The translations under genes and the position numbers were made by a program. Under the pieces are notes generated by a model. The model did no database searches, was not told where the DNA came from, and worked only from the letters and a program-made list of their open reading frames with translations. Positions 28,350 to 38,040 of a DNA stretch of 64,000 nucleotides are shown piece after piece (position 1 is the first letter of the stretch; each line of letters starts with the position of its first letter). This stretch comes from Desulfitobacteriaceae bacterium (GTDB lineage: Bacteria > Bacillota > Dehalobacteriia > Dehalobacteriales > Dehalobacteriaceae), in the NCBI GenBank assembly GCA_028709045.1, contig JAQVXR010000001.1, forward strand, positions 31,221 to 95,220, written 5' to 3'.

Positions 28350-30125
28350 TTATTCTTCCATAGTAGATAGGTCTCCGGCAAATGTCCCTAACTCCCATGC
28401 CTTTAATACCCGCCGCATGATTTTCCCGGACCGGGTTTTGGGCAATTTTTCGCGGAATTCAATTTCGTGAGGAGCGGCGTGGGCAGAAAGATTTTTTTTC
28501 ACAAAAGCCCGAATATCTTCTTTTAACTCTTCAGAAGGTCGAAAGCCTTTTTTTATTGAAAGAAATGCTTTGATGATTTCTCCGCGTACCGGATCCGGCT
28601 TTCCAATAACCCCTGCTTCGGCAACTGCCGGGTGTTCCAATAATTTACTTTCCACTTCAAATGGGCCGATCCTTTCCCCTGAGGTATTAATAACATCGTC
28701 TAGGCGCCCTTGAAACCAAAAATAGCCATCCTCGTCTTGATAAGCAGAATCCCCCGACAAATACCATGGTTTAAAGTAAAAATAGTCTTCATATTTGGCC
28801 GGGTTTTTCCAAATCTGGCGCATCATTGCCGGCCAGGAAACTTTAATTGCCAGGTGTCCCATCTTGTTTGGACCTAACTCACACCCGCTGTCATCAATAA
28901 TAGCAGCGTATATTCCGGGAAATGGTTTTCCCATGGAACCTGGTTTAATAGGCATACAGGGATAGTTGGCAATGATTTGACCTCCTGTTTCGGTCATCCA
29001 CCAAGTGTCGTGGATCCGTTGCTTTAAAACCTTGCTTCCCCACCGGACAACCTCCGGGTTTAAAGGTTCTCCAACAGATAATACATGGCGCAGGCTGGAA
29101 AGATCATACTCTTTGACTAAATCGTCCCCGGCAGCCATCAGCATGCGGAAGGCGGTCGGTGCACTGTACCAAACGGTAACCTGGAATTTTTCCAGCACAG
29201 AATACCATTCTCTCGGCAAAAAACGGCCTCCGCGCACTACGATAGACGCACCCAGCAACCAGGGACCAAAAATACCGTAAGATGTCCCTGTGATCCATCC
29301 CGGGTCGGCGGTACACCAGTAAATATCATCATCACGCAGGTCTAAAACCCAAAGAGTGGTTTGGTAAAGGTGAATCATGGCATTGTGGACATGCAGAACC
29401 CCTTTTGGTTTGCCGGTAGAACCTGATGTATAATGCAGCACCATTCCGTCTTCGCCGTCCATCCATACTATGGGGAAATTAGCGGAGGCATGATCCATCA
29501 ATGTTTTGTAATCGAATTCGTTTTCTTTAAATTTATGGCCGTCGGCATCTACCAAAAAAATGCATTTTAAATTGGGCAAATTTTCCTGGTCTACCCGGTC
29601 CAGCATTTTAGGGGTGGTAATAAGAGCAACTGCTTCACTATCCTTTAACCGGTCGGTTACTGCCGATTTCATAAAAGCTTCGAACAAGGGCCCGACGATT
29701 CCTCCTGCTTTCAGTATGCCGAGACAACAAATATATAGTTCCGGTTGACGCGGCATAAAAATAAAAACGCGGTCACCTTTACCTATCCCCACATCGGAAA
29801 GAACATTGGCAAACTTGTTTGATAACAGTTTAAGATCTAAAAAGGTATATTTTTCGTTCCGGGTATTGTTGGTAAAGTAGAGAGCTACCTTATTCTTTTT
29901 CCAGGAATCACAGTGGCGGTCAATGCATTCATATGCGATGTTTAACTTGCCTGTTTCGTACCAGGAGAAATTTTTCTCTGCGTCGGACCACTGAAAGCTT
30001 TGATAAGCGTTTTCATAATCCGGCATATTTAATGTTAATGACGTAGCCGGTATGTAGTTAAAATCATCCAAAGGGTACCCCTCCCGTTCGAATAAAGGGA
30101 CCTGCCACCGGTCCCCTTTTCTCAT
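28350..30125 (-). CDS. acsA: Acetyl-CoA synthetase (AMP-forming)
   Basis: Near-colinear with B. subtilis AcsA from memory (HYTSGSTGKPKGVLH, WWMTETG, KTRSGKIMRRVLKAWE). Divergent from acuABC as in Bacillus. Confidence 0.92.
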   Translation of the reverse strand: MRKGDRWQVPLFEREGYPLDDFNYIPATSLTLNMPDYENAYQSFQWSDAEKNFSWYETGKLNIAYECIDRHCDSWKKNKVALYFTNNTRNEKYTFLDLKLLSNKFANVLSDVGIGKGDRVFIFMPRQPELYICCLGILKAGGIVGPLFEAFMKSAVTDRLKDSEAVALITTPKMLDRVDQENLPNLKCIFLVDADGHKFKENEFDYKTLMDHASANFPIVWMDGEDGMVLHYTSGSTGKPKGVLHVHNAMIHLYQTTLWVLDLRDDDIYWCTADPGWITGTSYGIFGPWLLGASIVVRGGRFLPREWYSVLEKFQVTVWYSAPTAFRMLMAAGDDLVKEYDLSSLRHVLSVGEPLNPEVVRWGSKVLKQRIHDTWWMTETGGQIIANYPCMPIKPGSMGKPFPGIYAAIIDDSGCELGPNKMGHLAIKVSWPAMMRQIWKNPAKYEDYFYFKPWYLSGDSAYQDEDGYFWFQGRLDDVINTSGERIGPFEVESKLLEHPAVAEAGVIGKPDPVRGEIIKAFLSIKKGFRPSEELKEDIRAFVKKNLSAHAAPHEIEFREKLPKTRSGKIMRRVLKAWELGTFAGDLSTMEE

Positions 30126-30327
30126 GTCTCTTTAACAAAATACTTAGCATTTATTATAGCATAAATATTCAGAAAAGAAAAACAAATCTAACGACAACAA
30201 AGCTAAATTATCTAAATATTCCTACAATTAAAATGCCAGGAGAAACTTTGTTTTTATGGAAAAAAATAGAAGGAATAAGAGAGGGACCCTCGAATTATTT
30301 TACTTATTAAAGAGACGGGGTGAAAAG

Positions 30328-30981
30328 ATGGGGCAGGGTCCTGATATAAAAAGAATGAAAAAAACCTGTTACCGTAGGGAATTGATAATTCCTGAGGGTC
30401 TGATAGTAATTGAGGGACCGGTAACCTCCCGATATTTGGCACAATTAGACATGGACCCAGGCCTTAAAGGGTTCCGGCCTCCCGAATTGCAGTGGGACGC
30501 ACTGCAGGAGATTGCTGAACTCCCGGAAGGCCGAGTAATTATGGCTGTTCATAAAGGAAGTATTGTAGGATATATAACGTTCCATTTTCCTGATGAATTT
30601 GGCCGGTGGGGGCGTTCGAAAATGCCTTGTTTACTGGAACTTGGTGCGATAGAAGTAGCTCCCCGGGTCAGGGGACGAGGGGTGGCTCCCCAACTTCTTC
30701 AAGTTGCTTTTGAGGATGAGGATATGGAAGAGTTTATTGTGATTTCAACTGAATACTACTGGGAATGGGATTTGGATGGGACCGGCCTTTCCGTTTGGCA
30801 GTATAAGAACATGATGGAAAAACTATTAGGAAAAGTTAACCTTCGTCCGGTGGGAACCGATGACCCGGAAATTTCCGCTCACCCGGCAAATTCTTTAATG
30901 ACCCGGTTTGGCAAAAAGGTTGACTATGATTTTCTTCAAAAATTTGAAATTCTGAGATACAAAAATAAATATACATTATAG
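30328..30981 (+). CDS. acuA: Acetoin-utilization protein AcuA (GNAT acetyltransferase acting on AcsA)
   Basis: IEGPV, FRPP, LPEGR, LELGAIEVAP blocks match AcuA. Start placed at ATG 30328 (track start 30256); 30355 is also possible. Confidence 0.85.
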   Translation: MGQGPDIKRMKKTCYRRELIIPEGLIVIEGPVTSRYLAQLDMDPGLKGFRPPELQWDALQEIAELPEGRVIMAVHKGSIVGYITFHFPDEFGRWGRSKMPCLLELGAIEVAPRVRGRGVAPQLLQVAFEDEDMEEFIVISTEYYWEWDLDGTGLSVWQYKNMMEKLLGKVNLRPVGTDDPEISAHPANSLMTRFGKKVDYDFLQKFEILRYKNKYTL

Positions 30982-31111
30982 TTTAACTAGGCTTTTTGCC
31001 CTGCCCTGCCTTACCGGTGTATATTCAATTGATATAACCAAGTACTTTAGATAAACAGATAACTGTTAGCTATCGGATAAATGTTTTAGGTAGGCAAGGA
31101 GTGAAGATCAA

Positions 31112-31759
31112 ATGATTGTTGAAAACATTATGAACTCCAAAGTTATTACAGTTCACCCGGATAATTCCGTGGCCCAGGCGATAGACTTAATGCGCGATAA
31201 CAATATTAGGCATCTTCCCGTAACAACTGAGGGTAACCTTATCGGAATTATATCGGATCGGGATATGCGTTCCGTCTCTCCGTCGATTTTAACAGGGGAT
31301 GAACCGGAATTATTAATAAACACCAAGGTAAAAGATATTATGCAAAAACAGGTGATTACCGTACACCCGCTGGATTTTTTAGAGGAAGCGGCCCGGCTGA
31401 TATACGAATACAAAGTTGGCTGTCTGCCTGTTGTTAGCCAAGAAAGGGTAGTAGGCATAATTACTGAGGCGGATGTCTTACGTTCAATGGTGGAATGGGT
31501 TGGTCTGCTTCAACCGGGAGCTCACCTTGAACTGGAACTGCCAAACAGACCGGGAATGTTGGCTAGTGTTGCCGGCATTGTCCAAAGACATGGTGTTAAT
31601 ATTATTAGTGCTCTTCTTTTCCCGGGAAAGATGGATAATACACAAACTCTGATTTTACGTTTAAAAGCTCTTGATATTAGAATGATCATAAAAGACATTG
31701 AAGCTGAAGGGCATAAAGTCCTCTGGCCGCTACAAAGGGAACCTGATTATGAGCGGTAA
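31112..31759 (+). CDS. acuB: AcuB-like CBS-pair + ACT domain protein
   Basis: Two CBS motifs (IRHLPV, GCLPVV) followed by an ACT-like C-terminus; positioned between acuA and acuC. Confidence 0.85.
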   Translation: MIVENIMNSKVITVHPDNSVAQAIDLMRDNNIRHLPVTTEGNLIGIISDRDMRSVSPSILTGDEPELLINTKVKDIMQKQVITVHPLDFLEEAARLIYEYKVGCLPVVSQERVVGIITEADVLRSMVEWVGLLQPGAHLELELPNRPGMLASVAGIVQRHGVNIISALLFPGKMDNTQTLILRLKALDIRMIIKDIEAEGHKVLWPLQREPDYER

Positions 31760-32912
31760 GGCTGTTTTTGTTTATCATCCAGATTTGGAAAAATATTATT
31801 TCAAACCTGAACATCCTTTTAATCCCACGAGGCTTAGGATCACTGTGTCTTTACTTCAAGAATTAGGTTTGCTCAAAGAAAATGACATTGTGACTCCCCG
31901 CTTGGCTTCGATGGAGGAGCTTTTACTTGCCCACGACCAGGATTATATTCGGGCGGTTGAGAAATTGTCTAATAACTGTTTTGAGGAGGAAGGATTATTT
32001 TTTGGAATCGGCACTGAAGATAACCCGGCATTTTCCGATATGCATTGGGCATCCAGCCTTGTTGTTGGGGCAACGCTTACGGCAGGGGAAGAAATTATGG
32101 AAGGCAGAGCAGACCATGCAGTAAGTATTGCCGGAGGGCTGCATCATGCCGGCAGAAGGCAGGCTTCCGGTTTTTGCATCTACAATGATATTAACGTTGC
32201 TATCCGTTATTTATGCCATAAATATCATATCCGGGTTTTTTATATTGATACTGACGCCCACCACGGAGATGGAGTGCAATGGGAATTTTACGAGGATCCG
32301 AATGTACTCACTGTGTCTTTTCACGAAAGTGGTCGGTTCCTTTTTCCGGGCACCGGCTGGCTGAACGAACGAGGCAAAAAAGAAGGATATGGTTATTGTG
32401 TCAATGTGCCATTGGAGCCTTTTACAGATGACAATTCATTTTTAGAATGTTTTCGTGAAGTGGTCCCTCCGTTGATAGAAGCTTTTCAGCCTGATTTAAT
32501 CATCAGCCAGAATGGTTGTGACGGTCACTTTTATGATTCCTTAACCCATATCAATCTCTCCATTAGCGCTTTTCAAGAGATTCCTCGCCTTGTACATCAG
32601 CTTGCCCACGCATTTTCCGGGGGCAAATGGCTGGCTGTGGGCGGAGGTGGTTATGATCCGTTTAGAGTTGTTGCCAGGGCCTGGGTTTTATTATGGGCAG
32701 AAGCTGCCGGGTTAAATGTTAAAGGGAACATTCCCCTTTCATGGCAAAAAAAATGGCAAAAAATAAGCCCCTGCACTGTGCCCCAAACTCTATTTGATTC
32801 CCCGGAGGTTTCTTTGTCTGTTCCTCGCTGCCAAGAGATTGCGGAAAAAAACTTCCGTGCGGCAAGTCAGGCTGTTCAAGATACGCTGATTGTTCTAAAT
32901 AAATATATTTAA
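31749..32912 (+). CDS. acuC: AcuC-type deacetylase (histone deacetylase/acetoin utilization family)
   Basis: HPFNP, GGLHHA, DTDAHHGDG motifs. ATG 31749 overlaps the acuB end by 11 nt. Confidence 0.88.
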   Translation: MSGKAVFVYHPDLEKYYFKPEHPFNPTRLRITVSLLQELGLLKENDIVTPRLASMEELLLAHDQDYIRAVEKLSNNCFEEEGLFFGIGTEDNPAFSDMHWASSLVVGATLTAGEEIMEGRADHAVSIAGGLHHAGRRQASGFCIYNDINVAIRYLCHKYHIRVFYIDTDAHHGDGVQWEFYEDPNVLTVSFHESGRFLFPGTGWLNERGKKEGYGYCVNVPLEPFTDDNSFLECFREVVPPLIEAFQPDLIISQNGCDGHFYDSLTHINLSISAFQEIPRLVHQLAHAFSGGKWLAVGGGGYDPFRVVARAWVLLWAEAAGLNVKGNIPLSWQKKWQKISPCTVPQTLFDSPEVSLSVPRCQEIAEKNFRAASQAVQDTLIVLNKYI

Positions 32913-33034
32913 TAACCAGAGCAACAGGCTGTTCTTTGGATATTATTTACAAAAGGATTTTAAATTTTTGTGGAAAATTATATAAAGACTGGCTGGAGGG
33001 ACCAAAAGTAATATTTCCAAGGAGAGATTATATA

Positions 33035-34126
33035 ATGAAGCATGCCGGACTGGTTTTTCTTTTAATTATTGGAGTCATATGGTCGGGAATCGTTGATGTT
33101 CAGGCAGCGCCGGAAATTAAAATTCAGGTTGATGGTAAAACGCTTTCATCTGATGTGGAACCCGTTATTGACCAAGGCCGCACTCTTGTTCCTCTTCGGG
33201 TTGTTATGGAAAATCTAGGCGCGAAAGTTTCTTATGAACATGAAACTAAGACTGTGATAATTAAGAAATTTACCCGGAACATGATCTTAAAAATAGACAG
33301 CAAAGAAGCGCGGATAGATGATGAAGTAGCAATACTAGATGTGCCGGCAGCGATTGTTTCAAATCGAACCCTAGTTCCATTGAGATTTGTCGGTCAAGCC
33401 TTGGGATCTACAGTTCACTGGGAAGACAAGACAAAAACAGTAGTAATCGGTGCGCCTCAATTGATATTTGATACTAAAGGGGCGGAGCAAGAAGTTTTTT
33501 CTTTGGTCAACAAAGTTCGAAAACAGCATGGTTTGCAGCCATTAATATGGGTCGAGGAGTTAGCCGACGCAGCTCGGGCCCATAGCCAAGATATGGGTGA
33601 ACATGATTTCTTTGCCCATATATCTCCTACAACCGGAAGCCCTGCTCAAAGAGTGCAATCTTATGGACTTCCCGGTGCAGCGGAAAATATTGCGGCGGGA
33701 TATACAGATGCTAATGCTGTTTTTGATGCCTGGATGTTGTCGCCGGACCACCGGGGAAATATTTTAAATCCTGATCACAGATTTATTGGAAACGGAGTGT
33801 ACTGTGAAAATGATAACAGAGACCCGTATAACGGTTTTTATTGGACTCAAGAGTTTATTAAAGGAGAAGCAGTTCTTTTATCTCCCGGACCGGAATCAAC
33901 GGTAACCGGTAGACGCTTGCAAGTAGAGGGGTATTCAGCAGAACCTGAAGTAGAGTTAACTGTTTATAAAATGTTAGATAAGAAAACTTATTCCGAAAAA
34001 TATACGGAAGATATTTCTGTTGGTCATGACGGTAAATTTTCCGAGGAAATATCCCTGCGCAAAGGGCGGGGTCTTTACCTGATTCAGGTTTCTGATTATG
34101 ATCTTCGCTATGTGGAGTACCAATAG
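33035..34126 (+). CDS. Secreted protein: copper-amine-oxidase-N-like stalk repeats + CAP/SCP (YkwD-like) domain
   Basis: Signal peptide MKHAGLVFLLIIGV; RTLVPLRVV and RTLVPLRFV repeats; CAP-like HSQDM...H...GENIA. ATG 33035 behind AAGGAGAG. Confidence 0.75.
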   Translation: MKHAGLVFLLIIGVIWSGIVDVQAAPEIKIQVDGKTLSSDVEPVIDQGRTLVPLRVVMENLGAKVSYEHETKTVIIKKFTRNMILKIDSKEARIDDEVAILDVPAAIVSNRTLVPLRFVGQALGSTVHWEDKTKTVVIGAPQLIFDTKGAEQEVFSLVNKVRKQHGLQPLIWVEELADAARAHSQDMGEHDFFAHISPTTGSPAQRVQSYGLPGAAENIAAGYTDANAVFDAWMLSPDHRGNILNPDHRFIGNGVYCENDNRDPYNGFYWTQEFIKGEAVLLSPGPESTVTGRRLQVEGYSAEPEVELTVYKMLDKKTYSEKYTEDISVGHDGKFSEEISLRKGRGLYLIQVSDYDLRYVEYQ

Positions 34127-34194
34127 AGTCAAAAGAAGAATATAAATGATGTTATAATAAATTAGAAATAAAAACTCTGGACGGAGGCAACTTA

Positions 34195-35553
34195 ATGAAA
34201 GCGATACCATTTGGCCCAACTTATGAAGAAATGCTTTATCCCGACCGGGTAAGCCCTGACATAAGGAGTCAGGCTTTAAACAAACTAAGTGATGATGAAT
34301 TTGATCCCATCAATTTATTTAATATTACCTGGAAAAACGGGGGAAACAAAGTGCGGAAAGTTGTTCTTCCCCGAGAATTAACCGGGGTAGAGGCAAATAT
34401 TATAGTTTTACTGGGGAAATATTTTCCCTCAGGTTCACATAAGGTAGGTCCGGCTTATGCTACGTTAATGGAAGGGTGTGTTGATGGAGAGATCCTTCCC
34501 GGCCGGAATACTATTTTAGGGCCTTCATCCGGCAATTTTGGGATTGGGGTAGCTTACATATGCCGCTTAATGGGATATGAATCAATTATTATTGTTCCTG
34601 CCGCGATGACCAGAGAGCGGGTGGAACGTATCAAAAAATATGAGGCCGGCTTGGAAAGGGTTAGTGGCGAGGAGGCGGGCATGCGCAGTATTCTGAAGCG
34701 TACCCGCGAATTAATGAAAAATCCTGTCAATCGGGCGCTAGCCCAATTTGAGCTTCTACCCAATTATCGTTTTCATCGGTATGTAACAGGCCATTCTGTT
34801 GTGGAAGCTGCCCAAGAAACAGGTAATGGAAAAATTGCCTGTTTCGCTGTAGCGCCAGGGTCAGCGGGAACCATTGCCGCCGGTGACCATGTTAAAAGCG
34901 TTTTTCCTGAAGCTGTTGTAGCGGCTCTGGAGCCATTTGAATGTCCTACCTTATCCAGGGGCTTGGGTGGGGCTCACCGGATTGAGGGTATCGGTGATAA
35001 TTTATGCAATCTGATTCATAATTTGCTCACCACGGACTATGTGGTACTTGTTCATGATGATGACTGTGTTAAAGGATTAAAGATAATCCAAGAGGGGGCG
35101 CAGATTTTAACGAGGATGGGTGTTGATTCGAATCTTGCGCAAAGCTTGGTCAATTTGTTTGGTGTTTCCGGGATATGCAATATTCTTGGTTCTATTAAAA
35201 TGGCCAAATATTTACACTTAGGACCGGAGGATAATGTCGTAACCATCTCAACCGACGGCTTTGATCGTTATAGCTCGGTCTTAGAGGATTTAGCTGCTCG
35301 TAATCCCGGAATGGATAATACAATGCTGGAGCAATGGGGGGAAGAAATTTTTTGGGGACTGGACTCGGAGCAGATATTTGATTTTCGCGCTCAAGAGGCA
35401 AAAAATCATTTGTTTAAATTGAAGGAAAAAGATTGGGTTCCTTTTGGGTATTCTTTGGATTATTTGGAGACGATGAAAGAAATGAAATTTTGGGACCGGG
35501 AATATGAACGGGTGATTGAATATGATAAAAGAATAAAAGAATTGCGCAAATGA
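34195..35553 (+). CDS. PLP-dependent enzyme, tryptophan-synthase-beta superfamily (fold type II), substrate unknown
   Basis: GSHKVGPA (putative PLP lysine) and SSGNFGIGVA glycine loop; 452 aa; RBS GGAGG. Confidence 0.7.
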   Translation: MKAIPFGPTYEEMLYPDRVSPDIRSQALNKLSDDEFDPINLFNITWKNGGNKVRKVVLPRELTGVEANIIVLLGKYFPSGSHKVGPAYATLMEGCVDGEILPGRNTILGPSSGNFGIGVAYICRLMGYESIIIVPAAMTRERVERIKKYEAGLERVSGEEAGMRSILKRTRELMKNPVNRALAQFELLPNYRFHRYVTGHSVVEAAQETGNGKIACFAVAPGSAGTIAAGDHVKSVFPEAVVAALEPFECPTLSRGLGGAHRIEGIGDNLCNLIHNLLTTDYVVLVHDDDCVKGLKIIQEGAQILTRMGVDSNLAQSLVNLFGVSGICNILGSIKMAKYLHLGPEDNVVTISTDGFDRYSSVLEDLAARNPGMDNTMLEQWGEEIFWGLDSEQIFDFRAQEAKNHLFKLKEKDWVPFGYSLDYLETMKEMKFWDREYERVIEYDKRIKELRK

Positions 35554-35572
35554 TTGGGTCTATCAAGGAATA

Positions 35573-35599
35573 AAAATCCCGGCTTTCTGCCGGGATTTG
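35573..35599. terminator. Bidirectional terminator between convergent genes
   Basis: aatcccggc-tttct-gccgggatt with an A-run upstream and T-rich sequence downstream. Confidence 0.75.
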
Positions 35600-35600
35600 C

Positions 35601-36257
35601 TTATTCTGTGTATGTGCTGTAGCTTTTATAAGAATGAATCTTGTAACCTGCATTTTTCAAGAGATTTATAATTGGGTTAACATTTTCGTGGGTAATCCTG
35701 ATAACAAGGAAGGTCTTTTCTTCTTCCCGGAAAACAGCAACTCGGGAAATATTCGTACCTTCGTTTTTAATAATTTCAGTGACTCTAGCAAGTGTTCCGG
35801 GTTTATCTTCAACTTCCAGCGTAATCCGGCTTCCCGCTTCTTTAACGCCTAAAAGATCGATGAACGCATCAAAAATATTTGTCTCAGTAATAATTCCTAC
35901 CAGTTTTCCATTTTCTAACACGGGGAGTGCTCCGACTTTATGCTCTCTTAAAATAATTGCGGCTTCTTCTACATAAGCGTTGGGGCTAATGGTGAATATT
36001 TCTTGGCGTTTAGGTAAAACATCAGCAACTTTCATTTTGGCTAGAAGGTAATTAATTTCGAAGACACTTAAGGAAGTGGCCGGAGATGGGGAGACCTCAC
36101 TTAAATCCCGGTCGGTGACAATACCGATCAGTTTGTCCCTTTCCATAACCGGTAAACGCCTGATGTTGTACTTGCGCATTAATTCCAGAGCCTCTGCAAT
36201 AGTAGTTTGCTTTGTAATTGTAACGGGATTTCTCGTCATTCTGGATCGAACATGCAT
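35601..36257 (-). CDS. Second AcuB-like CBS-pair + ACT domain protein
   Basis: MTRNPVTI...IRRLPV and VGALPVL CBS motifs plus an ACT-like tail; paralogous in layout to 31112..31759. Confidence 0.8.
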   Translation of the reverse strand: MHVRSRMTRNPVTITKQTTIAEALELMRKYNIRRLPVMERDKLIGIVTDRDLSEVSPSPATSLSVFEINYLLAKMKVADVLPKRQEIFTISPNAYVEEAAIILREHKVGALPVLENGKLVGIITETNIFDAFIDLLGVKEAGSRITLEVEDKPGTLARVTEIIKNEGTNISRVAVFREEEKTFLVIRITHENVNPIINLLKNAGYKIHSYKSYSTYTE

Positions 36258-36475
36258 TGTTTAATCCCCCTTCCGGATTTAGCTTCAAATGATTTTCCAT
36301 ATGATAATATTTACTGGATTAATGTAGTTTATTTTTCTACTTTAGAGATTATATTTCCTGCTGAAAAGAAAATTTTTAGTTAGTTTTGACACTTCTTTTA
36401 GAAAAAGAACGACAGAAGGAGTTTTTCTGAATGGTATAGAATAAAAAATGATAAAGTTTAAGGAGGCATGAAATA

Positions 36476-37114
36476 ATGAGTGTTCAAAAATGGCATCATG
36501 AGGTTATCGGACAAAGAGTTGTTGAAGCTCTAAAAAATAATGAATTTGAAGCAGTCTATGTTCCCACTCGTCAAAAGGCGGCCGAGTATGTGTTGAATTT
36601 TATTAAACCCGGAGATTCTATTGGCATGGGAGGATCGGCTACTCTTGGAGAACTTGATATAACTCCCAAAATAACAGGGAAAGGGGCCCATATTTTAAAT
36701 CAGAATCAGCCTGGTTTATCCCCGGAAGAAAAGGACAGTATTCGCCATCGGCAGCTAATAAGCGATGTATTTTTATGCAGTAGCAATGCGATCACCCTTG
36801 ATGGCTACTTGGTAAATGTGGACGGGGTAGGGAACCGGGTAGCGGCAATGACATTCGGACCAAAAAAAGTAGTGGTTGTGGCCGGAATCAACAAGATTTG
36901 TGAAGATGTGCAGGCGGCTTTTCGAAGAATTGCTTTGGTGGCTGCACCACAAAATAATAAAAGGTTAGGTCTTCCAAATCCTTGTGTTGTGACGGGAATT
37001 TGTGCCGACTGCCGTGCTAAGACGAGAGTCTGCCGGATATTTTCTGTTATGAAGCGGAAACCAATGCTGTCGGATATTACGGTAGTTGTGGTTGGGGAGA
37101 GTTTGGGTTATTAA
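36476..37114 (+). CDS. LUD-domain (DUF162, LutC/YkgG-like) protein
   Basis: LUD-like core (GMGGSATL, SSNAITLDGYLVNVDGVGNRV) with C-terminal Cys cluster CVVTGICADCRAKTRVC. Confidence 0.75.
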   Translation: MSVQKWHHEVIGQRVVEALKNNEFEAVYVPTRQKAAEYVLNFIKPGDSIGMGGSATLGELDITPKITGKGAHILNQNQPGLSPEEKDSIRHRQLISDVFLCSSNAITLDGYLVNVDGVGNRVAAMTFGPKKVVVVAGINKICEDVQAAFRRIALVAAPQNNKRLGLPNPCVVTGICADCRAKTRVCRIFSVMKRKPMLSDITVVVVGESLGY

Positions 37115-37142
37115 AGAACAGTAATTGTGATCTGTCGGGGAG

Positions 37143-37907
37143 GTGTTGGTTTTGGATCTGCGGGAAGATCAATTAATACGTTACAGCCGCCATATTAACT
37201 TAAAGGAAGTGGGGGCGGCAGGCCAGTTAAGCCTTTTAAATGCTAAGGTACTGATTGTCGGTACCGGAGGCTTGGGGTCACCGGTAGCCTATTACTTGGC
37301 GGCCGCCGGTGTTGGCCAAATTGGTATAGTTGACAGTGATGCAGTTGATCTCAGCAATTTAAACAGGCAGATCCTTTACGGTCAGGCCGATGTTGGGCGC
37401 CTAAAGGTTGAACAGGCTAAAAAAAGGTTGGAAGCCATTAATCCGGACGTGAAAGTCATACCCTATCCCAAGCGGTTTGAAACTGATAATGCAGAAGATA
37501 TTTGCCGGGAATACGATGCAGTTGTGGATTGCCTAGATAATTTTACCACAAGATTTGTGCTGAATGATGTATGTCTAAAGTATCAAATCCCCATGGTGCA
37601 TGCAGGGGTGTATAAGTATTTTGGCCAAATACTAACTATTATTCCCGGTCAAGGTCCATGCCTGCGCTGTATTTATCCGGAGCCGGATAGTTTGGATATG
37701 AATAGCCCAAGTTGTTCCCAGGACGGTATTTTGGGGGTGGTACCCGGGATTTTGGGAACGCTGCAGGTAATGGAAGTGATAAAATTGCTTCTGAATGTGG
37801 GGAAACCAAATTCCGGCAGTATTCTTTATTTTGATGGGCTCAATTTAAGCTTTGACCAGATCAAAGTACAACCCCGTCCGGATTGTATCTGCCGGAAAAA
37901 AACATAA
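37143..37907 (+). CDS. ThiF/MoeB/HesA-family adenylyltransferase (E1-like)
   Basis: RYSRHI, nucleotide loop GTGGLGSP, DxDxV...NLNRQ, CxxC (CLRC). Exact start uncertain (GTG/TTG cluster at 37143-37152). Confidence 0.8.
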   Translation: MLVLDLREDQLIRYSRHINLKEVGAAGQLSLLNAKVLIVGTGGLGSPVAYYLAAAGVGQIGIVDSDAVDLSNLNRQILYGQADVGRLKVEQAKKRLEAINPDVKVIPYPKRFETDNAEDICREYDAVVDCLDNFTTRFVLNDVCLKYQIPMVHAGVYKYFGQILTIIPGQGPCLRCIYPEPDSLDMNSPSCSQDGILGVVPGILGTLQVMEVIKLLLNVGKPNSGSILYFDGLNLSFDQIKVQPRPDCICRKKT

Positions 37908-37916
37908 ATTTCTAAA

Positions 37917-37947
37917 TAAAAAAGGCACCTGGCAGGTGCTTTTTTTA
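37917..37947 (+). terminator. Intrinsic terminator after the ThiF-family gene
   Basis: gcacct-ggc-aggtgc flanked by an A-run and seven Ts. Confidence 0.75.
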
Positions 37948-38040
37948 TACTATCAAAAAGTATAAGTTTAAGGTTGATAGTATAAGTGCAACTAAGGCTT
38001 CCGCCTGCGTCTGAGACTTGGCACAAGCCAAGTTTTTTTT
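37948..38040 (+). repeat. Intergenic repeat family, copy C (short form, best preserved)
   Basis: Perfect 9-bp stem tactatcaa/ttgatagta with a 17-nt loop, then taagtgcaactaaggcttc-cg-cctgcgtctgag, then acttggc-acaa-gccaagt and eight Ts. Confidence 0.75.

Noticed and set aside
30126-30327. CcpA cre site in the acsA-acuA divergent promoter region, as in Bacillus
   Set aside because: No match to the TGWAANCGNTNWCA-type palindrome was found by eye.
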